DNA from: Alphaproteobacteria bacterium RIFCSPHIGHO2_12_FULL_63_12
GTDB taxonomy: Bacteria; Pseudomonadota; Alphaproteobacteria; Caulobacterales; Parvularculaceae
Assembly (NCBI GenBank): GCA_001767925.1
Contig: MEMM01000162.1
Coordinates: forward strand, 1 to 50,277
DNA length: 50,277 nt
Reading direction: 5' to 3'
The position numbers and the translations under genes were made by a program. Below the pieces are notes generated by a model. The model was given only the letters and a program-made list of their open reading frames with translations, did not search any database and was not told the origin of the DNA. Numbering within the stretch: position 1 is the stretch's first letter; every line of letters begins with the position of its first letter. This document shows positions 18,562 to 28,054 of this stretch, piece by piece.

Positions 18562-20838
18562 ATGAGCGATAGCGAGTCCAGAACGACGAAAGAGGTCGGC
18601 GGCATCGCTGCGTTGTTGCGGACGATGCACGACGCGCTCGCCTTCGCGGAATCGGCGCAGGAGCGCCTCGACAAGCTGACGCATGTGATCGCGCGGCACG
18701 TCGCATCGGATGTCTGTTCGATCTATCTGCGCTTGCCGAGCGACGAGCTTGAGCTTTATTCGACCGAAGGCCTCAACCGCGAAGCGGTGCACAAGACGCG
18801 CCTTAAATGGGGCGAGGGCCTTGTCGGCGTCGTCGCCGAAACCAAGCGCCCGCTGGTCACCTCCGACGCGCCGCTTCATCCGAATTTCGCCTATCGGCCC
18901 GAAACCGGCGAAGACCCGCTCCATTCCTTTCTCGGCGTTCCGCTGATCCGGTCCGGGAAGTCGCTGGGGGTGTTCGTCCTTCAGAATCTCGCCAGTCGTC
19001 GGTATACGGACGAAGAAGTCGGCGCCGCGCAGGCGGTCGCGACCCTGCTCGCCGAAATCGCCGCGTCGGGCGAATTGTTCGATCCGCGCACCACGGAAGA
19101 AGTCGGCGCGATGCTGCACCGGCCCGAACGGCTGGTCGCGACCGGCGTCGTTTCGGGTGTGGCGTTCGGAAAGGCCGCTTTTCATGAGCAGCCGGCCCCT
19201 AAGCACAAGGTTTTCGCCAAGGACGCCGAAGCCGAGGCGGCGCGCCTTAACGACGGATTGTCGGCGCTGCAGGCGTCCGTCGACGCCATGCTGGAGGACA
19301 CCGCTCTCGAAGCCGCGCCGCGCGAAGTGCTCGAGACCTACCGCCTGTTCGCCTATGACCGGGGCTGGAAGGAGCGAATGCGCGCAGCGGTGATCTCCGG
19401 CCTCACCGCGGAAGCGGCGGTTGAACAGGTGCAGGCCGAAAACCGGGCGCGAATGGCGCAAGTCAAGGATCCTTACCTGCGCGAGCGGATGGTCGATCTT
19501 GACGATTTGTCGAACCGTTTGCTGCGGCGCCTCGCCGGAAAGTCCGCCGCGCCGGCGGTATTGCCCGATGACGCCATCCTTATCGCGCGCAGCCTCGGCC
19601 CGGCGGAACTCCTCGAATACGACCGGTCGAAACTGAAAGGGCTCGCGCTCGGCGAAGCGTCAACAACGTCGCATGTCGCGATCGTCGCGCGCGCCCTCGG
19701 CATTCCGCTGGTCGCCGGATTCGATAACGCGATTTCGCTCGCCGAGCCGGGCGACGATATGGTCGTCGATGGCGAGATCGGTGAAATTCATATTCGCCCG
19801 ACGCCCGAAGTCGCCTTGAGCTTTCGGGAGAAGCAGTCGCTGCAATCCGCGCAGCAGGCGGCGTTCGCGGCGGAAAGCGAACTTCCCTGCGTCACCCGCG
19901 ATGGCGTCGCCGTCTCGTTGTTCATGAATGTCGGCATTCCGCTCGACATGGATAATCTCGAACGCACGGGCGCGGCCGGCGTCGGACTTTTCCGCACCGA
20001 ACTGCAGTTCCTGATCGGCGCGCAGCTGCCGCGCGCCGGCGTTCAGGAGAAGCTGTACCGGGAAATTTTCGAAAAGGCCGGCGGCAAGCCGGTGGTGTTT
20101 CGGACCGCCGATCTCGGCGCCGACAAAGCGGCTTCCTATATGAAGCGGCGGGCCGAGACCAACCCGGCGATGGGCTGGCGGGGTATGCGCATGGCGGTCG
20201 ATCGCCCCGGACTTTTCCGGCCGCAGATCCGCGCGCTGATCGCGGCGGCGGCTGGGCGCGAGCTGAACATTCTTTTTCCGATGATCACCGTCGCCAGCGA
20301 AATAATGGCGGCGCGCGCGTTGTTGAACCGTGAGCTGGACTGGCGGACGAAACGCGGGCGCGACATGCCGAAATCGATCCGCCTCGGCGCGATGATCGAA
20401 ACGCCTGCCGCGGCCTGGCGCATCGACGACATCGCGGCGCATGTCGACTTCCTGTCGGTCGGCGGCAACGATCTCATGCAATTCTATTACGCCGCCGATC
20501 GCGATTCAGAACTCGTGCAGCGTCGTTTCGATCCGGTCGAGGCGGGCTTCTTGAGCTTCGTGGCGATGATCGCGGCGAAGGCGCGCGCCGCCGGCAAGCC
20601 GGTGACGTTTTGCGGCGAACAGGCGTCGGACCTCGTCACGGCGGCGGCGCTGATCGCCGTCGGGGTCACGCGGTTTTCGTCGCCCGCCTCGGCCATCGGA
20701 CCCTTTCGCCGCCTCGTCAGGTCGCTGGATGCGGCGGCGGTCTCGAAATGGATCACTGGTCATTTCGGCGAGGCGCAACGCCCGCTGCGCCGCGAATTCG
20801 AAGCGTTTTTGCGTCAGGCCGGCGCCGCGCTGTCCTGA
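18562..20838 (+). CDS. ptsP: PTS(Ntr) enzyme I, GAF + PEP-protein phosphotransferase
   Basis: N-terminal GAF, TSHVAIVARA phospho-His, GVGLFRTE, NPAMGWRG, GNDL. Confidence 0.95.
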   Translation: MSDSESRTTKEVGGIAALLRTMHDALAFAESAQERLDKLTHVIARHVASDVCSIYLRLPSDELELYSTEGLNREAVHKTRLKWGEGLVGVVAETKRPLVTSDAPLHPNFAYRPETGEDPLHSFLGVPLIRSGKSLGVFVLQNLASRRYTDEEVGAAQAVATLLAEIAASGELFDPRTTEEVGAMLHRPERLVATGVVSGVAFGKAAFHEQPAPKHKVFAKDAEAEAARLNDGLSALQASVDAMLEDTALEAAPREVLETYRLFAYDRGWKERMRAAVISGLTAEAAVEQVQAENRARMAQVKDPYLRERMVDLDDLSNRLLRRLAGKSAAPAVLPDDAILIARSLGPAELLEYDRSKLKGLALGEASTTSHVAIVARALGIPLVAGFDNAISLAEPGDDMVVDGEIGEIHIRPTPEVALSFREKQSLQSAQQAAFAAESELPCVTRDGVAVSLFMNVGIPLDMDNLERTGAAGVGLFRTELQFLIGAQLPRAGVQEKLYREIFEKAGGKPVVFRTADLGADKAASYMKRRAETNPAMGWRGMRMAVDRPGLFRPQIRALIAAAAGRELNILFPMITVASEIMAARALLNRELDWRTKRGRDMPKSIRLGAMIETPAAAWRIDDIAAHVDFLSVGGNDLMQFYYAADRDSELVQRRFDPVEAGFLSFVAMIAAKARAAGKPVTFCGEQASDLVTAAALIAVGVTRFSSPASAIGPFRRLVRSLDAAAVSKWITGHFGEAQRPLRREFEAFLRQAGAALS

Positions 20839-20880
20839 CCCTTGATGGCGCGATTGATGCTTTCCGGAAAATATCCGCCG

Positions 20881-20896
20881 TCAATGCGATATTAAC
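20881..20896 (+). promoter_or_regulatory. CtrA-box-like site upstream of the rodZ-like gene
   Basis: TCAA-N7-TTAAC (1 mismatch to TTAA-N7-TTAAC); further GGTTAA half-site at about 20906-20911. Confidence 0.45.
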
Positions 20897-20990
20897 CGTC
20901 GGAAGGGTTAAAAAAACCCGGCTTCAACGGTTACACTCGCGAGACGAACGCGGTAGGTAAACACTCAAAGCGGCGTCAGGCGCTATCAAC

Positions 20991-21905
20991 GTGTCAGTGA
21001 AAAACGGTTCTGCGGAAATCTTCGAATTGGACGGCGCGCGCGCCAGGCTGCGCCCCTCGGATATCGACCCCAAAAACTTCGTGGCCGTCGGCCTTTATCT
21101 TGAAGCGGTTCGCGCCCAGCAAAATCTTTCGATCGCGACGGTCAGCGACCGCACCCACATCAAGGCGAGCTATATCGAGGCGATCGAGCAGATGGCGGTT
21201 GACGCCCTGCCGAGCAAGCCCTTCGCCATCGGCTTCGTCAAAGTCTATGCCGAAGCGCTGGGGCTCGATCCGGCGCCGGTCGTCGAGCGCTTCAAGGATG
21301 AGGCCGGCTATTCCGCCGCCCGCAAGGAAGCGGAGCCCACGGCGGCCCCTGCCGTCGCCGCAGCCCCCAGAAGCGCCGAGCCGGTGCGGCTTTCACTGCT
21401 CGCCGTGTTCGCCATTCTCGGATTCATGGTGTGGTGCGCCTATCTCGTAACCCATCCGGACCCCGATCGCGTCACGACCCCTTTGAAGCTCGACGGCGTC
21501 CCGCTTTCTGAAGGGCCGGTCGAGGCGCGGGCAGTGACAGCGCCCAAAGTCTCGCCGAAAGACGCCGCGCCGCTGGTCGAGCCGACGTTCGAGCCCGCCG
21601 CGCCGCCGCCGCCTCTGCCCGTGGTCGCGGAGGCCGTGATCCTCGAACGGATCGAGCCGGTCTATCCGCCCGCTTGCGAGGCGTCGGCCGCGGCTGCCGA
21701 AACGGTTGAAGTCGCTTTCACCATCACGCCGGCGGGCGAAGTCGTCAGCGAGCGCATCCTTCGTTCGACCAATCCCTGTTTCGACCGCGCGGCGCTTAAC
21801 GCCATCAAGCGCTGGCGGTTCAGTCCGCGAACGATTGACGGCGAGCCTCGCCCGGCGTTCGAACAGCAGGCGAGCTTCCGCTTCGATCGCCCGTCTCAGG
21901 GGTAA
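20991..21905 (+). CDS. rodZ: RodZ-like HTH + TM + Pro-rich linker + TonB C-terminal domain fusion
   Basis: HTH LPSKPFAIGFVKVYAEALGLD; TM LSLLAVFAILGFMVWCAYLV; TonB_C-like PVYP...VAFTITPAGEV...FDRAALNAIKRWRFSP; sits between ptsP and ispG. Confidence 0.8.
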   Translation: MSVKNGSAEIFELDGARARLRPSDIDPKNFVAVGLYLEAVRAQQNLSIATVSDRTHIKASYIEAIEQMAVDALPSKPFAIGFVKVYAEALGLDPAPVVERFKDEAGYSAARKEAEPTAAPAVAAAPRSAEPVRLSLLAVFAILGFMVWCAYLVTHPDPDRVTTPLKLDGVPLSEGPVEARAVTAPKVSPKDAAPLVEPTFEPAAPPPPLPVVAEAVILERIEPVYPPACEASAAAAETVEVAFTITPAGEVVSERILRSTNPCFDRAALNAIKRWRFSPRTIDGEPRPAFEQQASFRFDRPSQG

Positions 21906-22018
21906 ACGCCCCGGCGATCGTTGATTTTTGACCCGCGATTGCGCAAAAGCAGACGTGGCGGCAGGACTGACTGCGCCGCATCCCGGCCTCGGCGCCGGAT
22001 AAATCTGAGGAAGTCATC

Positions 22019-23149
22019 ATGTCGGTTCGTCCCTGGCGCGATATCGCGCGCCGCAAGTCGAGACAGATCATGGTCGGCAAGGTGCCGGTCGGCGGCGGCG
22101 CGCCGATCGCTGTGCAGTCGATGACGAATACGCTGACGTCCGACGCGCAGGCGACGATCCGCCAGGTGAACGAGATCGCGGAAGCGGGCGCCGACATCGT
22201 GCGCGTCTCGTGTCCCGATGTTGAATCGACGGCGGCGCTGAAAGAGATCTGCAAGAACGTGCCGGTGCCGATCGTCGCGGACATTCATTTCCACTACAAG
22301 CGCGGCATCGAAGCGGCGGTCGCGGGCGCGGCGTGCCTGCGGATCAATCCCGGCAATATCGGCTCGGCAGAGCGCGTGCGCGAGGTTATCAGGGCGGCGA
22401 AGGATCACGGCTGCTCGATGCGCATCGGCGTCAATGGCGGCTCGCTTGAGAAAGACCTGCTCGAAAAATACGGCGAGCCGTGCCCCGAGGCGATGGTTGA
22501 AAGCGCGCTCGATCACGCGCGCATCCTGCAGGACAACGATTTTCACGAGTTCAAGATTTCGGTGAAGGCGTCGGACGTGTTTTTGACCGTCGCCGCCTAT
22601 CAGATGCTCGCCGACGCGATCGATTGTCCCTTGCATCTCGGTGTCACCGAAGCGGGCGGCTTGCGCATCGGCTCGGTGAAGACCGCGATCGGCATGGGAT
22701 CGCTTCTTTGGGCCGGCATCGGCGATACGATCCGCGTGTCGCTCTCCGCCGATCCGGTCGAGGAAATCAAGGTCGGCTTCGACATTTTGAAATCGCTCGG
22801 CCTGCGCCATCGCGGCGTCAACGTCATCTCGTGCCCGTCCTGCGCGCGGCAGGGCTTCAACGTCATCGACACGGTTGAAAAGCTCGAAAAGCGCCTCGCC
22901 CATGTGACGACGCCTTTGTCGCTCTCGGTCATCGGCTGCGTCGTCAATGGCCCCGGCGAAGCGCGCGAAACCGACATAGGCTTCACCGGCGGCGGCGCCG
23001 GCAAGGACCACGGTCAGGTCTATCTCGACGGCGAACCGCACCACCGGCTCGATAATGACAAGATCCTCGATCACCTCGTCGAGCTCGTCGAAAAGAAAGC
23101 CGCCGAGATCAAGGCGCGCGAGGAACAGGAAAGCGTCGCCGCGGAATAG
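22019..23149 (+). CDS. ispG: (E)-4-hydroxy-3-methylbut-2-enyl-diphosphate synthase
   Basis: [45 protein letters not shown]. Confidence 0.98.
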   Translation: MSVRPWRDIARRKSRQIMVGKVPVGGGAPIAVQSMTNTLTSDAQATIRQVNEIAEAGADIVRVSCPDVESTAALKEICKNVPVPIVADIHFHYKRGIEAAVAGAACLRINPGNIGSAERVREVIRAAKDHGCSMRIGVNGGSLEKDLLEKYGEPCPEAMVESALDHARILQDNDFHEFKISVKASDVFLTVAAYQMLADAIDCPLHLGVTEAGGLRIGSVKTAIGMGSLLWAGIGDTIRVSLSADPVEEIKVGFDILKSLGLRHRGVNVISCPSCARQGFNVIDTVEKLEKRLAHVTTPLSLSVIGCVVNGPGEARETDIGFTGGGAGKDHGQVYLDGEPHHRLDNDKILDHLVELVEKKAAEIKAREEQESVAAE

Positions 23150-23168
23150 CGAGGCGCAATCGCATATC

Positions 23169-23198
23169 AAAGCGCGCGGGAAATCTCGCGCGCTTTTT
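23169..23198 (+). terminator. Intrinsic terminator after ispG
   Basis: AAAGCGCGCGGG-AAAT-CTCGCGCGCTTTTT. Confidence 0.75.
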
Positions 23199-23248
23199 GT
23201 TTATCGGGTTGCGTCGACTGGAATGCGGCTCGAAAGGAAATCGACGCC

Positions 23249-23761
23249 ATGACCTTCGAAGAAATCTATTATATCAGCCAGATCGTCGCGGTGATCGTCA
23301 TCGTGCTGACGCTTCTCGCGATCCTCTGGCAGGCGCACCAGACCAACACAATCGCGCGCGCCGAACTTACGCTCAACTGGTGGATGGCTGCCGGCGCACT
23401 GAACCAGTCATCCGTTGATTCCGAGGACAAGGCGGCGTTCCTGACGCGGGTCTTCGACCCATCCGCGACACTCTCGCGCGAAGACATGACGCGCATTGCC
23501 TTCCAGATGCATACGCAAGTCGGCGTCTTTCAGGCCGCCTATGCGTTGAGCCGTCGCGGCCTTGTTGAAGACACCTCCTTTGCCCTGGCGAAGCGCGGCA
23601 ATTCCAGATTTTTCATTGCAAGCGCCATCGCGCGGCAGTGGTGGCGCGCCCATCGCGGCGACGGCTATGCGCCGGAATTCCAGAAAATTATGGACGATAT
23701 CGTAAGCGAGGCGGAAGCGACCGTGAGTGCGGGGTCGGTTGGGGTCAAGGATACAGCATGA
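23249..23761 (+). CDS. Hypothetical protein with N-terminal TM helix
   Basis: Fills the ispG-prfA gap, SD AAGGA, ATGA overlap with prfA. Confidence 0.75.
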   Translation: MTFEEIYYISQIVAVIVIVLTLLAILWQAHQTNTIARAELTLNWWMAAGALNQSSVDSEDKAAFLTRVFDPSATLSREDMTRIAFQMHTQVGVFQAAYALSRRGLVEDTSFALAKRGNSRFFIASAIARQWWRAHRGDGYAPEFQKIMDDIVSEAEATVSAGSVGVKDTA

Positions 23762-24831
23762 TACCGCCAGATAAACTCGACGCCCTCATCGCCCGGTTCG
23801 AGAAGGTCGAAGCGGCGATGTCGTCCGCGACCAAAGGCGACGAGATCGTCCGCCTCTCGAAGGAGCATGGCGAATTGAAGCCGGTCGCCGACAAGGCGCG
23901 CGAATTGTCGTCGCTGCGCCGCCAGCTTGTCGAGCTTGAGGAATTGTCGAAGGGCGCCGACAAGGACATGGCCGAGATGGCCTATGAGGAATTGCAGGAG
24001 CTGAAGGAAAAAGCGCCGGCAGTCGAGCGCGACCTGCAATTGATGTTGCTTCCGAAAGACAAGGCGGATGATTCATCGGTCATCCTCGAAGTGCGCGCCG
24101 GCACCGGCGGCGAGGAAGCCGCGCTCTTCGCCGGCGATCTATTCAAGATGTATCAGCGCTATGCCGGGCTTCAGGGCTGGCGCGTCGAAGTCTTGTCCGT
24201 CTCGGATGCTGAAAAAGGCGGCTACAAGGAAATTCAGGCCTCGATCAAGGGCGACGGCGTTTACGCGCGGATGAAATTCGAGGCGGGCGTTCACCGCGTG
24301 CAGCGCGTTCCCGAAACCGAAGCGCAGGGGCGCGTTCACACCTCGGCGGCGACCGTCGCGGTGTTGCCAGAGCCCGAAGACGTCGACATCGACATCAAGG
24401 AATCGGATCTGCGCATCGACGTCTTTCGCGCGTCGGGGCCCGGCGGCCAGTCGGTCAACACGACCGACTCGGCGGTCAGGATCACGCACCTGCCGACCGG
24501 CGTTTCGGTCAGCCAGCAGGACGAGAAATCGCAGCACAAGAACCGCGCCAAGGCGATGCTGATCCTGCGCGCCCGGCTGTATGACGCCGAGCGGGCGCGC
24601 ATGGACGCCGAACGGTCGGCGGCGCGCAAGGGCATGGTCGGCTCCGGCGACCGGTCGGAGCGCATCCGCACCTATAACTTCCCGCAAAGCCGCGTCACCG
24701 ATCACCGCATCAATCTGACATTGTACAATCTTGACGATGTGATTCGCGGCGACGCGCTCGGCCAGCTCGTCGATGCGCTGACTTCGCAAGATCAGGCCGA
24801 TCGCCTCGCGGCGCTGGAGGCGAATGCGTGA
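23758..24831 (+). CDS. prfA: Peptide chain release factor 1
   Basis: [12 protein letters not shown] (PxT), [16 protein letters not shown]. Confidence 0.98.
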   Translation: MIPPDKLDALIARFEKVEAAMSSATKGDEIVRLSKEHGELKPVADKARELSSLRRQLVELEELSKGADKDMAEMAYEELQELKEKAPAVERDLQLMLLPKDKADDSSVILEVRAGTGGEEAALFAGDLFKMYQRYAGLQGWRVEVLSVSDAEKGGYKEIQASIKGDGVYARMKFEAGVHRVQRVPETEAQGRVHTSAATVAVLPEPEDVDIDIKESDLRIDVFRASGPGGQSVNTTDSAVRITHLPTGVSVSQQDEKSQHKNRAKAMLILRARLYDAERARMDAERSAARKGMVGSGDRSERIRTYNFPQSRVTDHRINLTLYNLDDVIRGDALGQLVDALTSQDQADRLAALEANA

Positions 24832-25696
24832 GCCGCCGCGCCCGCCGCGCATCGAGGCGCTGATCCGCTGGGCGGCGGCTGAGTTCACCCGCTCGCCGAC
24901 GCCGATGATCGACGCGCGCGTTCTTGCAAAAGCCGCGTTTGGTGTTGACGACGCCCAGCTGATTGCGGACGGGTCACGTTCCGCCAGCGACGCGGAACTC
25001 GCCCTGTTCGTCTCCATGGTTTCTCGCCGGGCGAAAGAAGAACCCGTCGCCCATATCGTCGGACGGCGGGAATTCTGGTCGCTGGAGTTTGAAGTTGCGC
25101 CGGGGATCCTTGTTCCCCGCGCGGACAGCGAAACGCTGATCGACGCCGTGCTGTCGAGACGGCGAAGGGACGCGCCGCTTAAAATCGTCGATCTCGGCTG
25201 CGGCTCGGGCGCGCTGCTCTGCGCGCTTCTCGGCGAATTCCCGAAGGCGTCAGGTCTAGGCGTCGACATAGATCCCGAAGCTGTCGGTCTCACCTTGAGG
25301 AATATCGCGCGGCTTGGGTTCTCGTCGCGCGCCCGCGCCGAGGCGGGCGACTTTCTCAATGCGACAAACGAGCGGTTCGACATCGTCATTTCGAACCCGC
25401 CCTATATCAGGACCGTCGACCGGGATCGCCTGCCCGGCGAGGTCCGCAATTTCGAAAGTCCGCTCGCGCTGTTTGGCGGCGAAGATGGTCTTGCCGCCTA
25501 TCGGGCGATCCTCAAAAGGGCGCCGGGCCGGCTTGCGGAGGGCGGGCTCATGGTCCTTGAATTCGGGGAGGATCAGGCCGGTCCGGTTAATGAAATCGCA
25601 AGATCGGCGTTCCCTGAGGCTCTCATATCCGTCGAAAACGATCTTGCGGGCCGTCCCCGCGCCTTGGTCATTGACCTGCGGCCTGCGGCGCTATAG
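24824..25696 (+). CDS. prmC: Release factor glutamine methyltransferase
   Basis: [21 protein letters not shown]; overlaps prfA. Confidence 0.95.
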   Translation: MREPPRPPRIEALIRWAAAEFTRSPTPMIDARVLAKAAFGVDDAQLIADGSRSASDAELALFVSMVSRRAKEEPVAHIVGRREFWSLEFEVAPGILVPRADSETLIDAVLSRRRRDAPLKIVDLGCGSGALLCALLGEFPKASGLGVDIDPEAVGLTLRNIARLGFSSRARAEAGDFLNATNERFDIVISNPPYIRTVDRDRLPGEVRNFESPLALFGGEDGLAAYRAILKRAPGRLAEGGLMVLEFGEDQAGPVNEIARSAFPEALISVENDLAGRPRALVIDLRPAAL

Positions 25697-25967
25697 GTAG
25701 AGAATTGTAAGCAGCGGTCGCAAGGCTGCGCTTTGAGGAGTTCGGCGCCAGGGCAATTTGCGGCGCGGGCTTCCGGAAATTCCAAAGACAAGGCTTTACA
25801 GGTGAATACGGCCGTTATGCAGCATTAGCGCTGCGGGGTGCGAAGCGAACAGCAAATTTCAATCAATGCGCCGGCGGCGGAACATCAATCCGCAAGCTAA
25901 GAGTGTTGCGTGGCGAACACGGCGCCTGACGTCACTTTGACAATAAGCAGACCAAGAAGCGACAAAC

Positions 25968-26543
25968 ATGAATAACCATTTCAATAAACGCGGGCGCAAC
26001 AACCATCAGCGGCGCCGTCAGGGCGTCAATCCCAATCGCGCGCTTGATTCGAACGGACCAGACGTCCGCATCCGCGGCACCGCCCAGCAGATCTACGACA
26101 AATATCTGGCGCTCGCGCGCGACGCCACCTCAAGCGGCGACCGGGTGAAGGCGGAAAACTACCTTCAGCACGCAGAACACTATTTCCGCGTCCTTCGCGC
26201 CATACAGGGGCCGCAAGCGTCGGCGTCCGATCCGTCGGCCGGCGACGGCGATTTCGAAAACGACCAGCCGTCCTTCGGCGGCGACCGCGATATGCGCCAG
26301 CCCTCGTCCCAGTATGACCAGGGCGATCGCGACGAGGAAAGCAGCGACGCTGCGACGGCTGAGTCCAGCGCCAACGGCGCCGCCGAACACGCCGCGCCCG
26401 AACCGCAGGCCCAAGATCAGCGCCAGCAAGGAGGCGAGCATGAAGGCCGCCGCCGCCGCCGCCGCCCGCGTCGCCCGCGCGAAGAAGGCGGAACGGAAGA
26501 GGCCGCCGGCGCGGAAGACGTTGAACCCGTTCCGGCCGGTTAA
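25968..26543 (+). CDS. DUF4167 domain protein
   Basis: DSNGPDVRIRGTAQQIYDKYLALARDA...AENYLQHAEHYFR; usual position after prmC. Confidence 0.9.
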   Translation: MNNHFNKRGRNNHQRRRQGVNPNRALDSNGPDVRIRGTAQQIYDKYLALARDATSSGDRVKAENYLQHAEHYFRVLRAIQGPQASASDPSAGDGDFENDQPSFGGDRDMRQPSSQYDQGDRDEESSDAATAESSANGAAEHAAPEPQAQDQRQQGGEHEGRRRRRRPRRPREEGGTEEAAGAEDVEPVPAG

Positions 26544-26615
26544 TCGCCGCGGCGCAGCGTTAAGGAACCGGCTTCGCCGGCGTCAAAATAATCTCCAGGC
26601 CGACAGGAGAACGAT

Positions 26616-27404
26616 CTGACGGTTTCATCGCTCTTCGATCTGACGGGAAAATCCGCCGTCGTCACCGGCGCGTCGCGCGGCATCGGCGAGGCGATCGCCC
26701 GCCGTCTCGCCGACCACGGCGCGACGGTCGTCGTCTCAAGCCGGAAAATTGACGCCTGCGAGGACGTTGCGGCGTCGATCAATACAAATCTCGGGCGCAA
26801 AGCGGCGCATGCGGCGGCGTGCAACATCACGCGCAAGGAAGATTTGAAAGCGCTGATCGATCTCGCCGATGCCATGCTCGGCAAGGTCGACATCCTCGTC
26901 TCGAACGCCGCCGTCAATCCGTATTACGGCCCGTCGGAAGGGATAACGGACGAACAGTTCGATAAGATCATGACCGCGAATGTGAAGGCGACGCATTGGC
27001 TTTCGCAACTGGTCCTACCGCAGATGAAAACGCGCAAGGACGGGTCGATCATCATCATCTCCTCGATCGGCGCCTTTGTCGGCTCAAATGCGATCGGCGC
27101 TTACAATATTTCCAAGGCGGCGGATTTGCAGCTGGCGCGCAACCTCGCGGTTGAAGGCGGACCGATGAACATTCGAGCCAATTGCATTTGCCCCGGCATC
27201 GTCAAGACGCATTTCGCCGAAGCGCTCTGGAAGGATCCCAAAGTCGAAGCGATGGTTTCGAAATCGCTTCCTCTGCGTCGTTTCGGCGAGCCCGACGAGA
27301 TCGCCGGCGCGGCGGTTTTCCTGGCATCGCCCGCCGGCCGCTGGATGACCGGCCAGCAGATCGTGATCGACGGCGGCGCGATGGTCAGCCTTGGGGCGCT
27401 TTGA
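26616..27404 (+). CDS. Short-chain dehydrogenase/reductase, probable CTG start
   Basis: LFDLTGKSAVVTGASRGIG lies in frame upstream of the listed ORF; YNISK catalytic motif; SD AGGAG just before CTG 26616. Confidence 0.85.
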   Translation: MTVSSLFDLTGKSAVVTGASRGIGEAIARRLADHGATVVVSSRKIDACEDVAASINTNLGRKAAHAAACNITRKEDLKALIDLADAMLGKVDILVSNAAVNPYYGPSEGITDEQFDKIMTANVKATHWLSQLVLPQMKTRKDGSIIIISSIGAFVGSNAIGAYNISKAADLQLARNLAVEGGPMNIRANCICPGIVKTHFAEALWKDPKVEAMVSKSLPLRRFGEPDEIAGAAVFLASPAGRWMTGQQIVIDGGAMVSLGAL

Positions 27405-27525
27405 CGCAGCGACTCCGGCGACATGGAGGATGATTAATACGTCGCCCGAGCGCCGGGCGCGCTAATTTCGGCTCATGAGCGCCGCCGCGCGGCGCACGGG
27501 ATAATAACCTGAAAGGACCGACAAC

Positions 27526-27885
27526 ATGAAATACGCGATCGTCTTCGCCGCCGCCGCCCTCGTCGCTGTTTCCGCCGCTGTCGCTGGTGAGAAAGCCGCC
27601 GACGACAAATCCAAGGGCATGGATCATGCGGCGATGGAAGCTAAAATGAATGAGAAGATGGAGGCCCATTTCAAGGAAGTCGATGCGAACAGCGACGGCA
27701 AGATCACTGAGCAGGAACTCGTCGACTATGTCACCGCCAAAGCGAAAGCGGAGTTCGCGTCGATGGCGGGCGATGACGCCGCCGTGACGTTAGACGAAAT
27801 GAAGGCGCACCATAAGGCCAAGCACGACGAGATGATGAAAGAGCACATGTCGGACGACGCCGCCAAGGAAGAGCACAAGCACTAA
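27526..27885 (+). CDS. Exported EF-hand protein, Met/His-rich
   Basis: Signal peptide; canonical EF loop DANSDGKITEQE; SD AAAGGA. Confidence 0.85.
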   Translation: MKYAIVFAAAALVAVSAAVAGEKAADDKSKGMDHAAMEAKMNEKMEAHFKEVDANSDGKITEQELVDYVTAKAKAEFASMAGDDAAVTLDEMKAHHKAKHDEMMKEHMSDDAAKEEHKH

Positions 27886-27922
27886 AGCGCCCCTCGCCGG
27901 GCCGGCTCTGACCGGTCGCGAC

Positions 27923-27949
27923 AAGGCCCGGCCGCGCGCCGGGCCTTTT
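27923..27949 (+). terminator. Intrinsic terminator
   Basis: AAGGCCCGGC-N5-GCCGGGCCTT followed by TT. Confidence 0.75.
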
Positions 27950-27961
27950 GCGTTCCGGGGC

Positions 27962-27989
27962 CTTGTTCGGAGCGTAACTGCGCCTATCT
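27962..27989 (+). promoter_or_regulatory. RpoH (sigma32) promoter of clpB
   Basis: CTTG-N17-CCTATCT matches the alphaproteobacterial heat-shock consensus. Confidence 0.7.
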
Positions 27990-28054
27990 GACAGGAAAGG
28001 ACGTCGCCTCCGGGGGCGTTCCGATTTCGATGACGCTTGATCCAAGGTCGGAAA

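Noticed and set aside
26844-27404. Truncated 186-aa SDR or frameshifted pseudogene
   Set aside because: The N-terminal Rossmann motif is in frame upstream with no stop or frameshift
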